A stretch of 63,210 bases of DNA, the filler included, from a bacterium (GTDB taxonomy: Bacteria; UBP15; UBA6099; JAJRTR01), in NCBI GenBank assembly GCA_024278215.1. It is 3 parts of 3 records of this genome, joined end to end, with 100 filler letters (N's around TTAATTAATTAA, not from the genome) between each part and the next. Parts side by side here need not be neighbours in the genome. Positions count along the whole stretch, not along the records: positions 30,171 to 60,031 come from JAJRTR010000106.1; 2 more parts are not named here. The stretch is one strand, 5' to 3'. The translations under genes were made by a program, and so were the position numbers. Under the pieces are notes generated by a model. It was given only the letters and a program-made list of their open reading frames with translations. It was not told the origin of the DNA and ran no database searches. This document shows positions 30,172 to 39,843 of the stretch, piece after piece (the stretch's first letter is position 1; each line of letters begins with the position of its first letter).

Positions 30172-31092
30172 GAAATGGGCATCGTCGTGCCTCCCATCCG
30201 CATCAGGGACAATATACAACTCAAACCAAACGACTATTCGATAAAGATCAAAGGCACGGAAGTCGCGTCCGGCGCTCTGATGGTCGATCATTTCCTCGCC
30301 ATGAATCCAGGCAACGTTACACAGGATGTCGAAGGAGTAGACACCACGGAACCAGCGTTCGGGCTGCCTGCCAAGTGGATACGTGAAGCAAACAAAGAAC
30401 AGGCCGAAATACTGGGTTACACTGTTGTCGATCCGGCCTCGGTCGTCGCCACGCACCTGACGGAAATAATAAAAAATCATGCCCACGAACTGCTCGGTCG
30501 ACAGGAAGTCCAGAGCCTGCTCGATGTCGTGAAAGAAAGAAACTCCGTCATCGTCGAGGAACTGATACCCAACAAACTGGAACTGGGCGAAGTGCAGAAA
30601 GTCCTCCAGAACCTTCTTCAGGAGCGTGTCAGCATCAGGGACATGGTAACAATTCTCGAAACACTCGCAGACTTTGCGTCAATGACCAAAGACGTGAACG
30701 TATTGACGGAATATGCGCGCGCCGGGCTATCGCGGCAGATATGCAGACAACACCAGATGCCGGATGGCACACTGCCCGTAATCACCATCGATCCGCAGAT
30801 CGAAGACATGATCCTCGAGTCCGTGCAGGAAACCGGCACAACGTCGTTTCCGGTCATGGCACCCGACGTCATGGAAAGTATTTCCAGCAATCTCAGTACT
30901 TTGATCGAAAAAGCAGTATCCCTCAATTACCAACCCATGGTGCTGTGTTCGCCCAGGGTGAGAATGTACGTGCGCCGCCTGTTCGAACGCATCTTTCCCT
31001 CGCTCACAGTACTGTCTCACAGTGAAATCACCCAGGAGACCAAAGTAAGGTCCGTCGGCATGGTCGGTATCGATCAGGAAGTCAAGATATAA
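30172..31092 (+). CDS. flhA: Flagellar export protein FlhA, C-terminal part (5'-truncated by gap)
   Basis: P.IRIRDNIQL, EPAFGLPA.WI, GYTVVDP.SV.ATHL, VLQNLLQERVSIRD. Confidence 0.95.
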   Translation, partial: EMGIVVPPIRIRDNIQLKPNDYSIKIKGTEVASGALMVDHFLAMNPGNVTQDVEGVDTTEPAFGLPAKWIREANKEQAEILGYTVVDPASVVATHLTEIIKNHAHELLGRQEVQSLLDVVKERNSVIVEELIPNKLELGEVQKVLQNLLQERVSIRDMVTILETLADFASMTKDVNVLTEYARAGLSRQICRQHQMPDGTLPVITIDPQIEDMILESVQETGTTSFPVMAPDVMESISSNLSTLIEKAVSLNYQPMVLCSPRVRMYVRRLFERIFPSLTVLSHSEITQETKVRSVGMVGIDQEVKI

Positions 31093-31204
31093 TGCGCGGA
31101 TGAAAACGCACGGCTTCATGCAGTCCGCATCCATCCGCCGCACTGATAATTGTATGGAACCCGGAAGTGATCACAGGTTCCCGTGAGAATGAAAAAAAAG
31201 GCGC

Positions 31205-31388
31205 TATCTCGCATATATTTTCACAGATGCGGGTGAAAAATCGGAAGAACGCCCATAATACAAGGTGTGGCAAGTGAGTGGTGAGGGAGCATACTGAAGG
31301 TATGTGACCGGTCCCGAATCGCCGCCGCAACGAAATAGAATGTGCGTTCACGCGATTTTCCGGATTTCTTTGTGAAAAATCCGGGCTT
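31205..31388 (+). mobile_element. MITE family B (ERIC-like), full-length, between flhA and flhF
   Basis: Both palindromic ends and core GGCAAGTGAGTGG..GGAGCATACTGAAGGTATGTGACC present. Confidence 0.85.
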
Positions 31389-31419
31389 TATCCGAAACAG
31401 GAGAAGAACGGCATTGACG

Positions 31420-32625
31420 ATGAAGGTAAAAAGATTCGAAGCGTCGACAATGCGCGAGGCGATAATGAAAGTCAAGCGAGAGCTTGGCTCCGACGCTGTA
31501 ATCCTGCACACCAGGAAATATGACCGACCGGAGTTTTTCGGACTGCGACGCCGCAACTTCGTCGAGATAATTGCAGGCACGGACATAGACAAATCCGGCA
31601 ACACAGCCGCTAAATCGAACGGCAACACAAAAAGCCCCGTGGCAAGAAAATCTCAGTTGCGGCCGATACCACCGACGCCCGCACCAGTTCGCCGGGAGCC
31701 CGCCGAAGTCGAAAACCTGAAAAAAGAACTCTCGGAGATGAAAACCTCTCTTAACGCTCTCATGCAAAAGCGGCAGCAGGAAGCGGCAAACATCAGAGTA
31801 TCACCGTATCCGCGTGTTTTCGGAGACATATACCTCAAGTTAATAGAAAACGAAGTCGACGAAGCAGTGGCGCAGGACATCATAAGATCGCTCGACGGCG
31901 CCCTCAGCGAAGAGCAGAAAGAAAACGAAGAATCAGTATACGCAGCGCTGGGCAAACAGCTTCGGAGGCTGATCAAGGTCTCGGGCAGCATCAACCTGAC
32001 ATCAACAGGCCATCCGAAGACAGTCGCGTTCGTGGGCCCCACCGGGGTCGGAAAAACAACTACAGTCGCAAAACTCGCCACCATTTTCTCCCTGTCGCAA
32101 AGAAAAAAAGTCGGCATCATCACATCCGATACAATGAGAATCGCAGCTGTCGAACAGATAAAAGTATACAGCGACATCATCGGAGTTCCCGTCCAGGTCG
32201 TATACAATGCCGAAGATATGAAACATGCCCTGGCCTATTTCTCGGACCATGACCTTGTGCTCATAGACACCGCCGGACACAGCCACTGGGACACGGAACG
32301 AATAAACGAAATCAGGGACATACTCGCCGTTTGCTATCCCCTGGAACTGCACCTCGTATTAAACGCGGCGATAAGGTACAGGGATATGCTGGACATATCG
32401 CGGCAGTTCAGGGCTCTGGCCTATAACCATCTTATCTTTACAAAGCTGGACGAAACATCATGCTTCGGCAGCCTGATAAATATGATAACCAGATGCAACG
32501 TCGGCGTTTCGTACCTGTGTTACGGACAGAATGTACCGGGTGAAATACAGGTGGCCACAGTGGAATCACTGCTTGGCCTGACAATCGGGAAACCGATCTC
32601 GAAGGTAATCCGGAAAAATAATTAG
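31420..32625 (+). CDS. flhF: Flagellar biosynthesis SRP-type GTPase FlhF
   Basis: MKVKRFEA, GPTGVGKTTTVAKLA, DT.RIAAVEQ, TKLDET, GQNVP. Confidence 0.95.
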   Translation: MKVKRFEASTMREAIMKVKRELGSDAVILHTRKYDRPEFFGLRRRNFVEIIAGTDIDKSGNTAAKSNGNTKSPVARKSQLRPIPPTPAPVRREPAEVENLKKELSEMKTSLNALMQKRQQEAANIRVSPYPRVFGDIYLKLIENEVDEAVAQDIIRSLDGALSEEQKENEESVYAALGKQLRRLIKVSGSINLTSTGHPKTVAFVGPTGVGKTTTVAKLATIFSLSQRKKVGIITSDTMRIAAVEQIKVYSDIIGVPVQVVYNAEDMKHALAYFSDHDLVLIDTAGHSHWDTERINEIRDILAVCYPLELHLVLNAAIRYRDMLDISRQFRALAYNHLIFTKLDETSCFGSLINMITRCNVGVSYLCYGQNVPGEIQVATVESLLGLTIGKPISKVIRKNN

Positions 32626-32633
32626 GAAGCGAT

Positions 32634-33527
32634 ATGGCGGATCAGGCACAGAAAATACGCGAAATGAAAAAAGGGAATGTAAGATACCTTTCCGATCTGA
32701 AATCCGACACATCCGAAAATGAACGGAAGGTAATAACATTCACAAGCGGTAAAGGCGGCGTCGGGAAAACCAACATCGCCGTCAACCTCGGCATATCGCT
32801 TATGAAGTTTGGACACCGGGTGCTTCTGGTGGATGCCGACCTGGGACTGGCAAATGTCGATCTCCTGCTCGGGCTCACACCCCGCAACAATCTTTCACAT
32901 GTTCTGGCAGGAAAAAAGTCACTCGAAGATGTCGTAATAACCGGCCCGTCCGGTATTAAAATCGTGCCGTGCAGTTCAGGCGGTAAAAGAAATATCAGAA
33001 TCACATCCGACGACCGCCGTGAGATAGTTTCAGCCATCAACAGCAATCGAGAACTCGGGGACACCGTCTTTATTGACACCGGCGGCGGAATAACAGATAA
33101 TATAATAGATTTTCTGCTCCTTGCCGACGAAGTTTTTCTGGTGACAACGCCGGAACCGACTTCGATAATGGATTCTTATGGTATGATTAAAATCCTTGCA
33201 CAGGAGAAAGAAAAATCTCTGGTAAGACTTATAGTGAATATGGCTGGTGACAGCTCGGACGCCGAGCATGTCCTGTCCACAATGAAACTTATAACAAAAC
33301 AGTTTTTCAATGTGGAACTTGATTACCTCGGCTGGGTCAGCTACGACCAGAATGTATTCAGGGCCGTGAGGGCTCAACAGCCGTTTGTGCTCTATAATCC
33401 TTCTTGCAGGGCCGCAAGAGATGTCGACAGGATCGCTATGAAACTGGCAAACTATGAAGTGGGTATAAGAGCGGAAAGCGGCATAAAGCGATGGTTGAAA
33501 AAAATCGGTTCTATTTTTACAGGTTAA
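32634..33527 (+). CDS. flhG: MinD-like ATPase FlhG/FleN
   Basis: MADQA, TSGKGGVGKTN, DADLGLANVD, TTPEPTSI.D.Y. Confidence 0.93.
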   Translation: MADQAQKIREMKKGNVRYLSDLKSDTSENERKVITFTSGKGGVGKTNIAVNLGISLMKFGHRVLLVDADLGLANVDLLLGLTPRNNLSHVLAGKKSLEDVVITGPSGIKIVPCSSGGKRNIRITSDDRREIVSAINSNRELGDTVFIDTGGGITDNIIDFLLLADEVFLVTTPEPTSIMDSYGMIKILAQEKEKSLVRLIVNMAGDSSDAEHVLSTMKLITKQFFNVELDYLGWVSYDQNVFRAVRAQQPFVLYNPSCRAARDVDRIAMKLANYEVGIRAESGIKRWLKKIGSIFTG

Positions 33528-33566
33528 GTCGGCTCGCATACAAAAAGAAAGGATATACCGCCACTT

Positions 33567-33890
33567 TTGAAAATCATATTTGAAAACCTTATAGTTTCAG
33601 TTAGGATCATGACCGGTGCGGTGGCGTTCCTGCTGTTCATCGTAGCGGCGGCGCTCATGGAAGCCGATCCTGCCGTGATTCTGTTCGGCGGCATTTTCGT
33701 CTACTTCTGGTTCTATCTGCTCGGCGCAGCTGTAGCCAATATGATGAAGCAGATAAACCGGGAAGTCACTCTCGAACCGATAGACGAGGAAGCCGAAGCA
33801 AAGGAAAAAGAGAATGGGAAAAACCCCAACGAACATCTTGGGCAACTGTTGGACTCTTACCAGGGCTCTGAAGTGCCTTACTACAAATAA
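33567..33890 (+). CDS. Small two-TM hypothetical protein in the flagellar operon
   Basis: Co-oriented ORF with two hydrophobic helices and a charged tail. Confidence 0.65.
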   Translation: MKIIFENLIVSVRIMTGAVAFLLFIVAAALMEADPAVILFGGIFVYFWFYLLGAAVANMMKQINREVTLEPIDEEAEAKEKENGKNPNEHLGQLLDSYQGSEVPYYK

Positions 33891-33937
33891 TTCGGGGAAT
33901 AAGCAAACGAGTACAAGCAAGCAAAAGGGGAGCTTTC

Positions 33938-35053
33938 ATGGACGCCAATGTTAAAATGATTATGGATTCGACAGGATGCACGGAAACAGAAGCCCAGTCT
34001 GTACTTGAGGATGCAGGCGGCGACATCAAGAAAGCACTGAAAATGCTGGATGCCGTATCCAAGGAAATCATGGTTTTCCAGATCAGGTTCCAGTCGGCCG
34101 ACAAAGGGCAGGGAACCGGTTTCGTGACTATCATGGTCGATACTTCTTCCGACAATGTGCCTTACGCCGACATCGCTTTTCCGCTCTCTCCCGAACAGGA
34201 AAGAGTGCTCGATGTCAACATGCCGCCGACAGTATTTGCGTCGACAGTCAAAAACATTCGCGGCCAACTCAGCGAACGGCACAAAGGCGCCTGCAAAAGC
34301 AACGCTTCACAACTTAAATCGAAAATGTCGTCCAACCTCATTCAGAAACTTCTTAACCTGCACAAAAAGAGACAGATAAGTGATATAAACGAGCGGTTCT
34401 CGAAGATCATCAGCGGCATCGTGGGGCAACCCGTGATTGTAAGTTCACGCGCAAATATGCACTCTCTTTCTTCGCTCTCATCAATTCTCGGCGATGCACT
34501 CAAGAACGGCGAAAAGAAGACCGGCGCCGCAGGCAAAGCATCCGGCGCGTCGGCTTCCTATGGCGGCCCTGTCAATCCTTCAGACTTGCCCAGCGCTTCC
34601 CCGCAGGAGAAACTTCCGCATGTCGTTCTTATCTGCGAACCGGAGATCGACCCCTTCAACGGCAAACCCGCAAGGGAGTTGGTCGACGGTGAAGAACTGA
34701 TCGTAAAAATAAAGGACGGCCGGCCCGCAGCCCGCTACTATGCGGAACTGCTCGGCGGCTACGCCAACGACGAAATCATTCCCCTGTGTGTGCCCATCGT
34801 CAGGATCAACGAGACTACCGAAACTTTTATTGACGCCTACGTCGAATTCGGACCCGGAATATACGGGGAGTTTTTTATACCGCCGGATGTAAAAGTGCGC
34901 CGGAAAGACGAAAATGTGGAACTCTACGATCCTTTCCAGGACGAAGAATCGCTCTTTTCGGACAATCGCATGGGACGAAGGATTCTTATGCAACTGGGTG
35001 TCCTGATCGTTTCCGTCGTAATTCTTATTATCGCGTTTTTTTCCCTTGCATAA
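33938..35053 (+). CDS. Hypothetical protein with N-terminal UBA-like helical domain and C-terminal TM anchor
   Basis: VKMIMDSTGCTETEAQSVLEDAGGDIKKAL pattern; RBS GGGGAG; C-terminal hydrophobic helix. Confidence 0.7.
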   Translation: MDANVKMIMDSTGCTETEAQSVLEDAGGDIKKALKMLDAVSKEIMVFQIRFQSADKGQGTGFVTIMVDTSSDNVPYADIAFPLSPEQERVLDVNMPPTVFASTVKNIRGQLSERHKGACKSNASQLKSKMSSNLIQKLLNLHKKRQISDINERFSKIISGIVGQPVIVSSRANMHSLSSLSSILGDALKNGEKKTGAAGKASGASASYGGPVNPSDLPSASPQEKLPHVVLICEPEIDPFNGKPARELVDGEELIVKIKDGRPAARYYAELLGGYANDEIIPLCVPIVRINETTETFIDAYVEFGPGIYGEFFIPPDVKVRRKDENVELYDPFQDEESLFSDNRMGRRILMQLGVLIVSVVILIIAFFSLA

Positions 35054-35084
35054 ACAGGGGCAGGCTTCAAACGGATAACCACAA

Positions 35085-35879
35085 ATGGCAGGCAAGGCAG
35101 CGGAAGCTCTAAAATATGAAAACGACTGGCAGCTCTTCAAGGAGTCGGGTAGTGAAGAAGCAAGAGGCAGGCTTGCCGAAAATTATCTGCCGCTCGTCAG
35201 ATATATTATCGACCGCGTGGCATACAGACTCCCGGAATTCATAGACAGAGAAGACCTCATCAGTGAAGGCATACTCGGGCTCATCGACGCGCTGGACAAG
35301 TTCGACCCTTCACGCATGAATAAATTCGAGACCTATGCGGTAGTCCGGATTCGCGGCTCTGTCCTGGATTCTCTAAGGCACATGGACTGGGTGCCGCGAT
35401 CACTCAGGCAGAAAAGTAAAGAGATCGAAAACTCGATTGTCGAACTCGAGCGCAAGCTGGGGCGAAGCGCAACCGAAAATGAAGTGGCCGAGTTTATGGG
35501 AATCTCGGTCGCGGAACTGAACGAAACGCTCATGGAAGTTTCCGGCTCGGTGATTTTCTCTTTCGAAGAACTCCTGCAGATGTCCGACGACGACAAACCA
35601 CTGCCTTTCATGGCGAGAATAAAAAACCAGCAGACACTCGACCCTTCCGAATCCATTATGAAAAGAGAAATCAGGAGGATACTTATAAAAGCGATCGAGA
35701 CTCTACCCGAAAATGAAAAAAAAGTCATCGGACTGTATTACACAGAAGGCATGACGATGAAAAACATCGGCGAGATACTGGATGTCACGGAATCCAGAGT
35801 ATGCCAGATACACACAAAGGCCCTGCTCAGGCTCAGGGCTTCGATAATCGAAACAGACGACAACATATACGAAGATTGA
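35085..35879 (+). CDS. fliA: RNA polymerase sigma-28 factor FliA/WhiG
   Basis: FETYA..RIRG..LD.LR..DWVPRS.R and VTESRVCQIH motifs. Confidence 0.95.
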   Translation: MAGKAAEALKYENDWQLFKESGSEEARGRLAENYLPLVRYIIDRVAYRLPEFIDREDLISEGILGLIDALDKFDPSRMNKFETYAVVRIRGSVLDSLRHMDWVPRSLRQKSKEIENSIVELERKLGRSATENEVAEFMGISVAELNETLMEVSGSVIFSFEELLQMSDDDKPLPFMARIKNQQTLDPSESIMKREIRRILIKAIETLPENEKKVIGLYYTEGMTMKNIGEILDVTESRVCQIHTKALLRLRASIIETDDNIYED

Positions 35880-36136
35880 ATCAGCAAAAGCGTAGCTGAA
35901 AAGAAACATGCGAAGCGCGAACAAAAAAAATAAGGCTTTGAATTAACTCTATTGCTTTTTTATGATAAAATAACTGATATATTTAATACAGATAATGCTG
36001 AAGCTGAAATTGACACATAAAACCTGAAAGCAGAAGCATATACTGCGATCAGATGTGATATATGTTAACAGGAGCGATTCGACCTGTTGCCGGGGTTTCG
36101 CAGGCCGGGAAAATTTTATAGAAAAAGAGCAATAAA

Positions 36137-37744
36137 ATGAGCGATTCAGCAATCAACCTTCAGTTTTCTTCCGACGGCCGCGAAGTGGTCGCCAAACTCG
36201 ACCCTGAAAAAGCAAAAGGGTTTCCGATAGTTGCCGAGCAGATAATGATGGAACTCGAAGGAATCGGCGCGGAAGAGTTTGATATAGACTATGCCGCTAT
36301 AGATCGAATTATCCAGACACAGGGATCGGGCGGAAAAGCATTCACAATAGCCCGCAAAATTGATGGGTGGGTCGATGTCAGCATCGGCAGCGACCAGATG
36401 GATGCCTCGGTGACATTGATACCCCCGAAGGGCGGCAAAGACATCGACGTCAGTGATGTCATGAGCGCGCTGAATCTTGCCGGCGTCAGATACGGCATCA
36501 AGGAAGATGTCGTCGAGAATATTGTGGCCCAGCAATGGTACAATGAAAAAGTTACCGTCGCTGAAGGAAAAGAAGCCGAGGACGGAAAAGACGGCAATAT
36601 CGAATTCCTTTTCGACCCCGAAGAAGGAAAGCCGAAACCGACGATTGCAGAAGACGGAACTGTAGATTATTATGAACTCAATGTAATCCAGAACGTCGGG
36701 CGGAATGAACCGCTCGCACGCAAAACACCACCCACACCGGGCGAACCCGGCATGAATGTACTCGGCGATGAAATTCCCGCGAAACCCGGCAAGGATGTCC
36801 CTTTCCCCATCGGAAAGAACGTTACATTCTCCAAAGAAGACCCGAACGTAATCGTATCGCAGATAGCCGGTCAGCCAAAACTCATGTCCGGCAAGATCCA
36901 TGTTTTGCCTGTCTTCGAAGTCAAGGGCGATGTTGACTTCTCGACAGGAAATATAAACTTTGTCGGTGACGTGATTGTCCGCGGTGGAGTGCTCGAAGGT
37001 TTTGTCATCAAAGCGGAAGGCGGGATAACAATCTTCGGACCTGTCAGCGGCTGCATTATGGAAGCGGGTGGCACGGTCTTCCTCAACAAAGGTATGCACG
37101 GGCAGGACAAAGGTATAATCACAGCCGGAGAAGATGTCGTCGCAAAATTTCTCGAGCACACGACGATAAAAGCCGGCGGAACCATAAAAGCGACAGACGG
37201 TGTCATTCAGTGTAACGCAACAGCAAAAAAGAGTATAATCGTCGAAGGCAAAAAGGGCCTTATTATCGGGGGGCGTGTGAGCGCGGGCGAAGAGGTCAGG
37301 GCAAAGACAATCGGCAACTACCTCGCTACCCCCACGGAAGTCGAAGCAGGCGGCAGTCCCAAAGTCAGGGACGAACTCAGGCAGATCGAATCACAGAAAA
37401 AACAACTGAAGCTTAACCTCGACCGTACGGAAAAAGGTGTCAAATCACTAAAGCTTCTCCAGGAAAAACAGGGCTCGCTGCCGACCGGAAAAAAAGACCT
37501 CCTTCTGCAATTGACAAGAGCCCAGTACCATCTTATGGGGCAACTAAAAAAACTTGAAACGCGCGAAGAAGAACTCGAAGAAATACTGTCTTCTTCATTC
37601 AAAGGCAAAGTTACCGTCTCCGAAGGTATATATCCCGGCACCAAGCTGATAATCAAGCAGGCGGTGCTTCACATCAGGGACCACATAAACTCGACAACTT
37701 TCTATGAACAGGAAGGTGAAATACAGATCGGCGTTTACGGATAA
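36137..37744 (+). CDS. FapA/DUF342 family protein
   Basis: G.VDYYELN.IQNV, GDVDFSTGNINF.GDV, GLIIGG motifs; follows fliA. Confidence 0.9.
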   Translation: MSDSAINLQFSSDGREVVAKLDPEKAKGFPIVAEQIMMELEGIGAEEFDIDYAAIDRIIQTQGSGGKAFTIARKIDGWVDVSIGSDQMDASVTLIPPKGGKDIDVSDVMSALNLAGVRYGIKEDVVENIVAQQWYNEKVTVAEGKEAEDGKDGNIEFLFDPEEGKPKPTIAEDGTVDYYELNVIQNVGRNEPLARKTPPTPGEPGMNVLGDEIPAKPGKDVPFPIGKNVTFSKEDPNVIVSQIAGQPKLMSGKIHVLPVFEVKGDVDFSTGNINFVGDVIVRGGVLEGFVIKAEGGITIFGPVSGCIMEAGGTVFLNKGMHGQDKGIITAGEDVVAKFLEHTTIKAGGTIKATDGVIQCNATAKKSIIVEGKKGLIIGGRVSAGEEVRAKTIGNYLATPTEVEAGGSPKVRDELRQIESQKKQLKLNLDRTEKGVKSLKLLQEKQGSLPTGKKDLLLQLTRAQYHLMGQLKKLETREEELEEILSSSFKGKVTVSEGIYPGTKLIIKQAVLHIRDHINSTTFYEQEGEIQIGVYG

Positions 37745-37843
37745 TTGTCAATATCAGCGGATGTTTATCACCCGTGCAAAATATTGTTTATAATATTATA
37801 ATGTATGTAGTTGTCGCTTATACAATGAAGGGGTTGGATTCAA

Positions 37844-38170
37844 ATGGGGATAAGGTCCGTTGATCTTATGATACTCTTCTCCAAAACTGCGGATGTGGAG
37901 AAAGCCCAGCAGGTGGACCAGCAGCAGGGTAGGATCAACAATGAAAATGTTACTGCGAATGAAATAAAACGCAAAGATGTCGAAGAGACCCGGGTCCAGC
38001 AATCGCCGGAACAGGCCGGCTCCGGAGCTATCAAAGAAGAACCCGAACGGAAACGCAAGGGAAAACAGAATTCCCGTGAACGCTCGCAGGATGAAGAGGG
38101 CGCAGATGGAGAGAACAGTAAAAAGTTCAGTATATCACCTCACATGGGATCAATAGATATAACGATTTGA
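37844..38170 (+). CDS. Small hydrophilic hypothetical protein downstream of DUF342
   Basis: MGIRSVDL... start and G.IDITI end, a pattern typical of flagellar-operon small proteins. Confidence 0.7.
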   Translation: MGIRSVDLMILFSKTADVEKAQQVDQQQGRINNENVTANEIKRKDVEETRVQQSPEQAGSGAIKEEPERKRKGKQNSRERSQDEEGADGENSKKFSISPHMGSIDITI

Positions 38171-38399
38171 ACAGATGATTTCCCAATAGGATACGAGGAC
38201 TTGAAAACAATCATAATTACTGAAAAACTTCATTTTTTTTCAATAACAGGCAAAAATCTGCTGTTTTCGTGTATATATATTAATAAAGATTTGATAGGAT
38301 ATTGCTAAATCTATGATATTTTGATACGCTATAATTTCGAAATAACTGATTCCGTTGAGTTTAATAAGATTCGATACATAAGAATCCGGGAGGCTGGTA

Positions 38400-39440
38400 A
38401 TGAAACTTAGCACAGAGTTGAAAGATCTTCCCATCGTAAGCATTGCAGAGGGTGAAGAGGTCGGTATAGTAAAGGATTTTATCATCGACCCAGATAATAA
38501 ATCGGTAGTCGCGCTGGTCATAGAAGACAGCACTGTCTACTATGAAGGGGTCAAGGTGATTTCCTTTTCACTGATACACAGCATCGGCGATTTTGCAATC
38601 ACCACCGAGAACTCTTCCTCCGTCGTCGTCCTGAGCAATATGCCGGAACTGATAGACTTTATAAAAAGAGAACTCACCATTATCAAGGCAAAAGTGATAA
38701 CCAGGAGCGGACGCCTCATCGGTTATGTGAAAGAATACAGTATCGACTCGCGCACCGGTGAAATTGTCGGTCTCGAGTTGTCGAGCGACTCGGATATCGC
38801 AACTCCCGAAAAAAATGTCATACCTGCCAATGCTGTCATTACGCTTGGCAAGGATGTCATTATCGTAAACGACGATGTGGAAACCCAACTCGCGTCAAGT
38901 CACGCCGAACTGGTCGGCCTGGTGCCCCCCGTCCCGAAACGCGCTCCCGCTCCCAGACCCGCGCCCGCACCCGTGCCGGAACCCGCGCCGGAACCCGCGC
39001 CGGAACCCGCGCCGGAACCGGTCATCGAGCAAGAACCGGAACCCGTGGTCTTCGATGAAGAAGCTGAGCCTGATGTTGCCGTAGAAACTATCGACGACAT
39101 AGACGACGAGGCTGAGGTGGATATCGAGGAACTCCTTGATCTCGACTCTGATGCCGAAGTCTCGGGACTCGTCGACGAACCTGTCGAAGAAGATACCACT
39201 GCTCCCGAATTCGAAGAAGAGCCTGTCGCCGATGACGATTCGAAAGAAAGCCTAAGCGAAATCTTCGAACGCAGACAGATCAAATATATGATCGGCAAAA
39301 AAGTCAGCCGGGAGATACAGAGCGACGATGGTATCACCATCGCCGAACAGGGCGAAACAATCACCGACGAAATCATCGATAAAGCTAAAGAAGCAGGAAA
39401 GTTTCTCGAACTCTCAATGAACATTGAGATCGAAGAATAA
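38400..39440 (+). CDS. Tandem PRC-barrel protein with Pro-rich/acidic linker
   Basis: Two PRC-like repeats (G.EVG.VKDFIID; G..IG.VKEYSID..TGEI), PEPA repeats; RBS GGAGG. Confidence 0.85.
   Translation: MKLSTELKDLPIVSIAEGEEVGIVKDFIIDPDNKSVVALVIEDSTVYYEGVKVISFSLIHSIGDFAITTENSSSVVVLSNMPELIDFIKRELTIIKAKVITRSGRLIGYVKEYSIDSRTGEIVGLELSSDSDIATPEKNVIPANAVITLGKDVIIVNDDVETQLASSHAELVGLVPPVPKRAPAPRPAPAPVPEPAPEPAPEPAPEPVIEQEPEPVVFDEEAEPDVAVETIDDIDDEAEVDIEELLDLDSDAEVSGLVDEPVEEDTTAPEFEEEPVADDDSKESLSEIFERRQIKYMIGKKVSREIQSDDGITIAEQGETITDEIIDKAKEAGKFLELSMNIEIEE
38975..39019 (+). repeat. 12-bp tandem repeat (GCCGGAACCCGC) x3.75 encoding PEPA
   Basis: Three perfect units plus a partial fourth, read directly. 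Confidence 0.9.
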
Positions 39441-39458
39441 ATCATAACACAGAGAATC

Positions 39459-39492
39459 AAAAACCGGGCATAATCATCAGCCCGGTTTTTTT
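39459..39492 (+). terminator. Intrinsic terminator
   Basis: AAAAACCGGGC-loop-GCCCGGTTTTTTT. Confidence 0.8.
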
Positions 39493-39570
39493 ATGCCTGT
39501 TTATCCAGGTTTATCCAACACTTGCTCACGATATAAACAATCGACATTACCGCGGATACGATATAATATG

Positions 39571-39749
39571 GAGCCAATTGCAACATTATGTTTGAAACGA
39601 GCTCGAACGAAATTGTTCGGAAGCAAGGCGGAACTGCAATATCCCGGCAGGCGTACTTGTAGAGTACGTCGAGGAAGCTTTTATGCCGACAACGTAGCTG
39701 TTGACAATTGCAGCCGACCGCAGCCGAATCAGAATTTTGCAATTGGCTA
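39571..39749 (+). mobile_element. MITE family A, full-length, more diverged
   Basis: TIRs with one mismatch each; flanks TATG/TATA. Confidence 0.88.
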
Positions 39750-39843
39750 TATAGATCCAACATCTTGAGGCTTGTTACACGGGATACCATGGGGCTACCC
39801 CGGGATCGAATTTCAGCATAATAGTTTTCACTGGAGGAGCGTG

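Noticed and set aside
31342-31419. N-terminal extension of FlhF starting inside MITE B
   Set aside because: The typical FlhF start MKVKRF has its own AGGAGA RBS downstream of the element.
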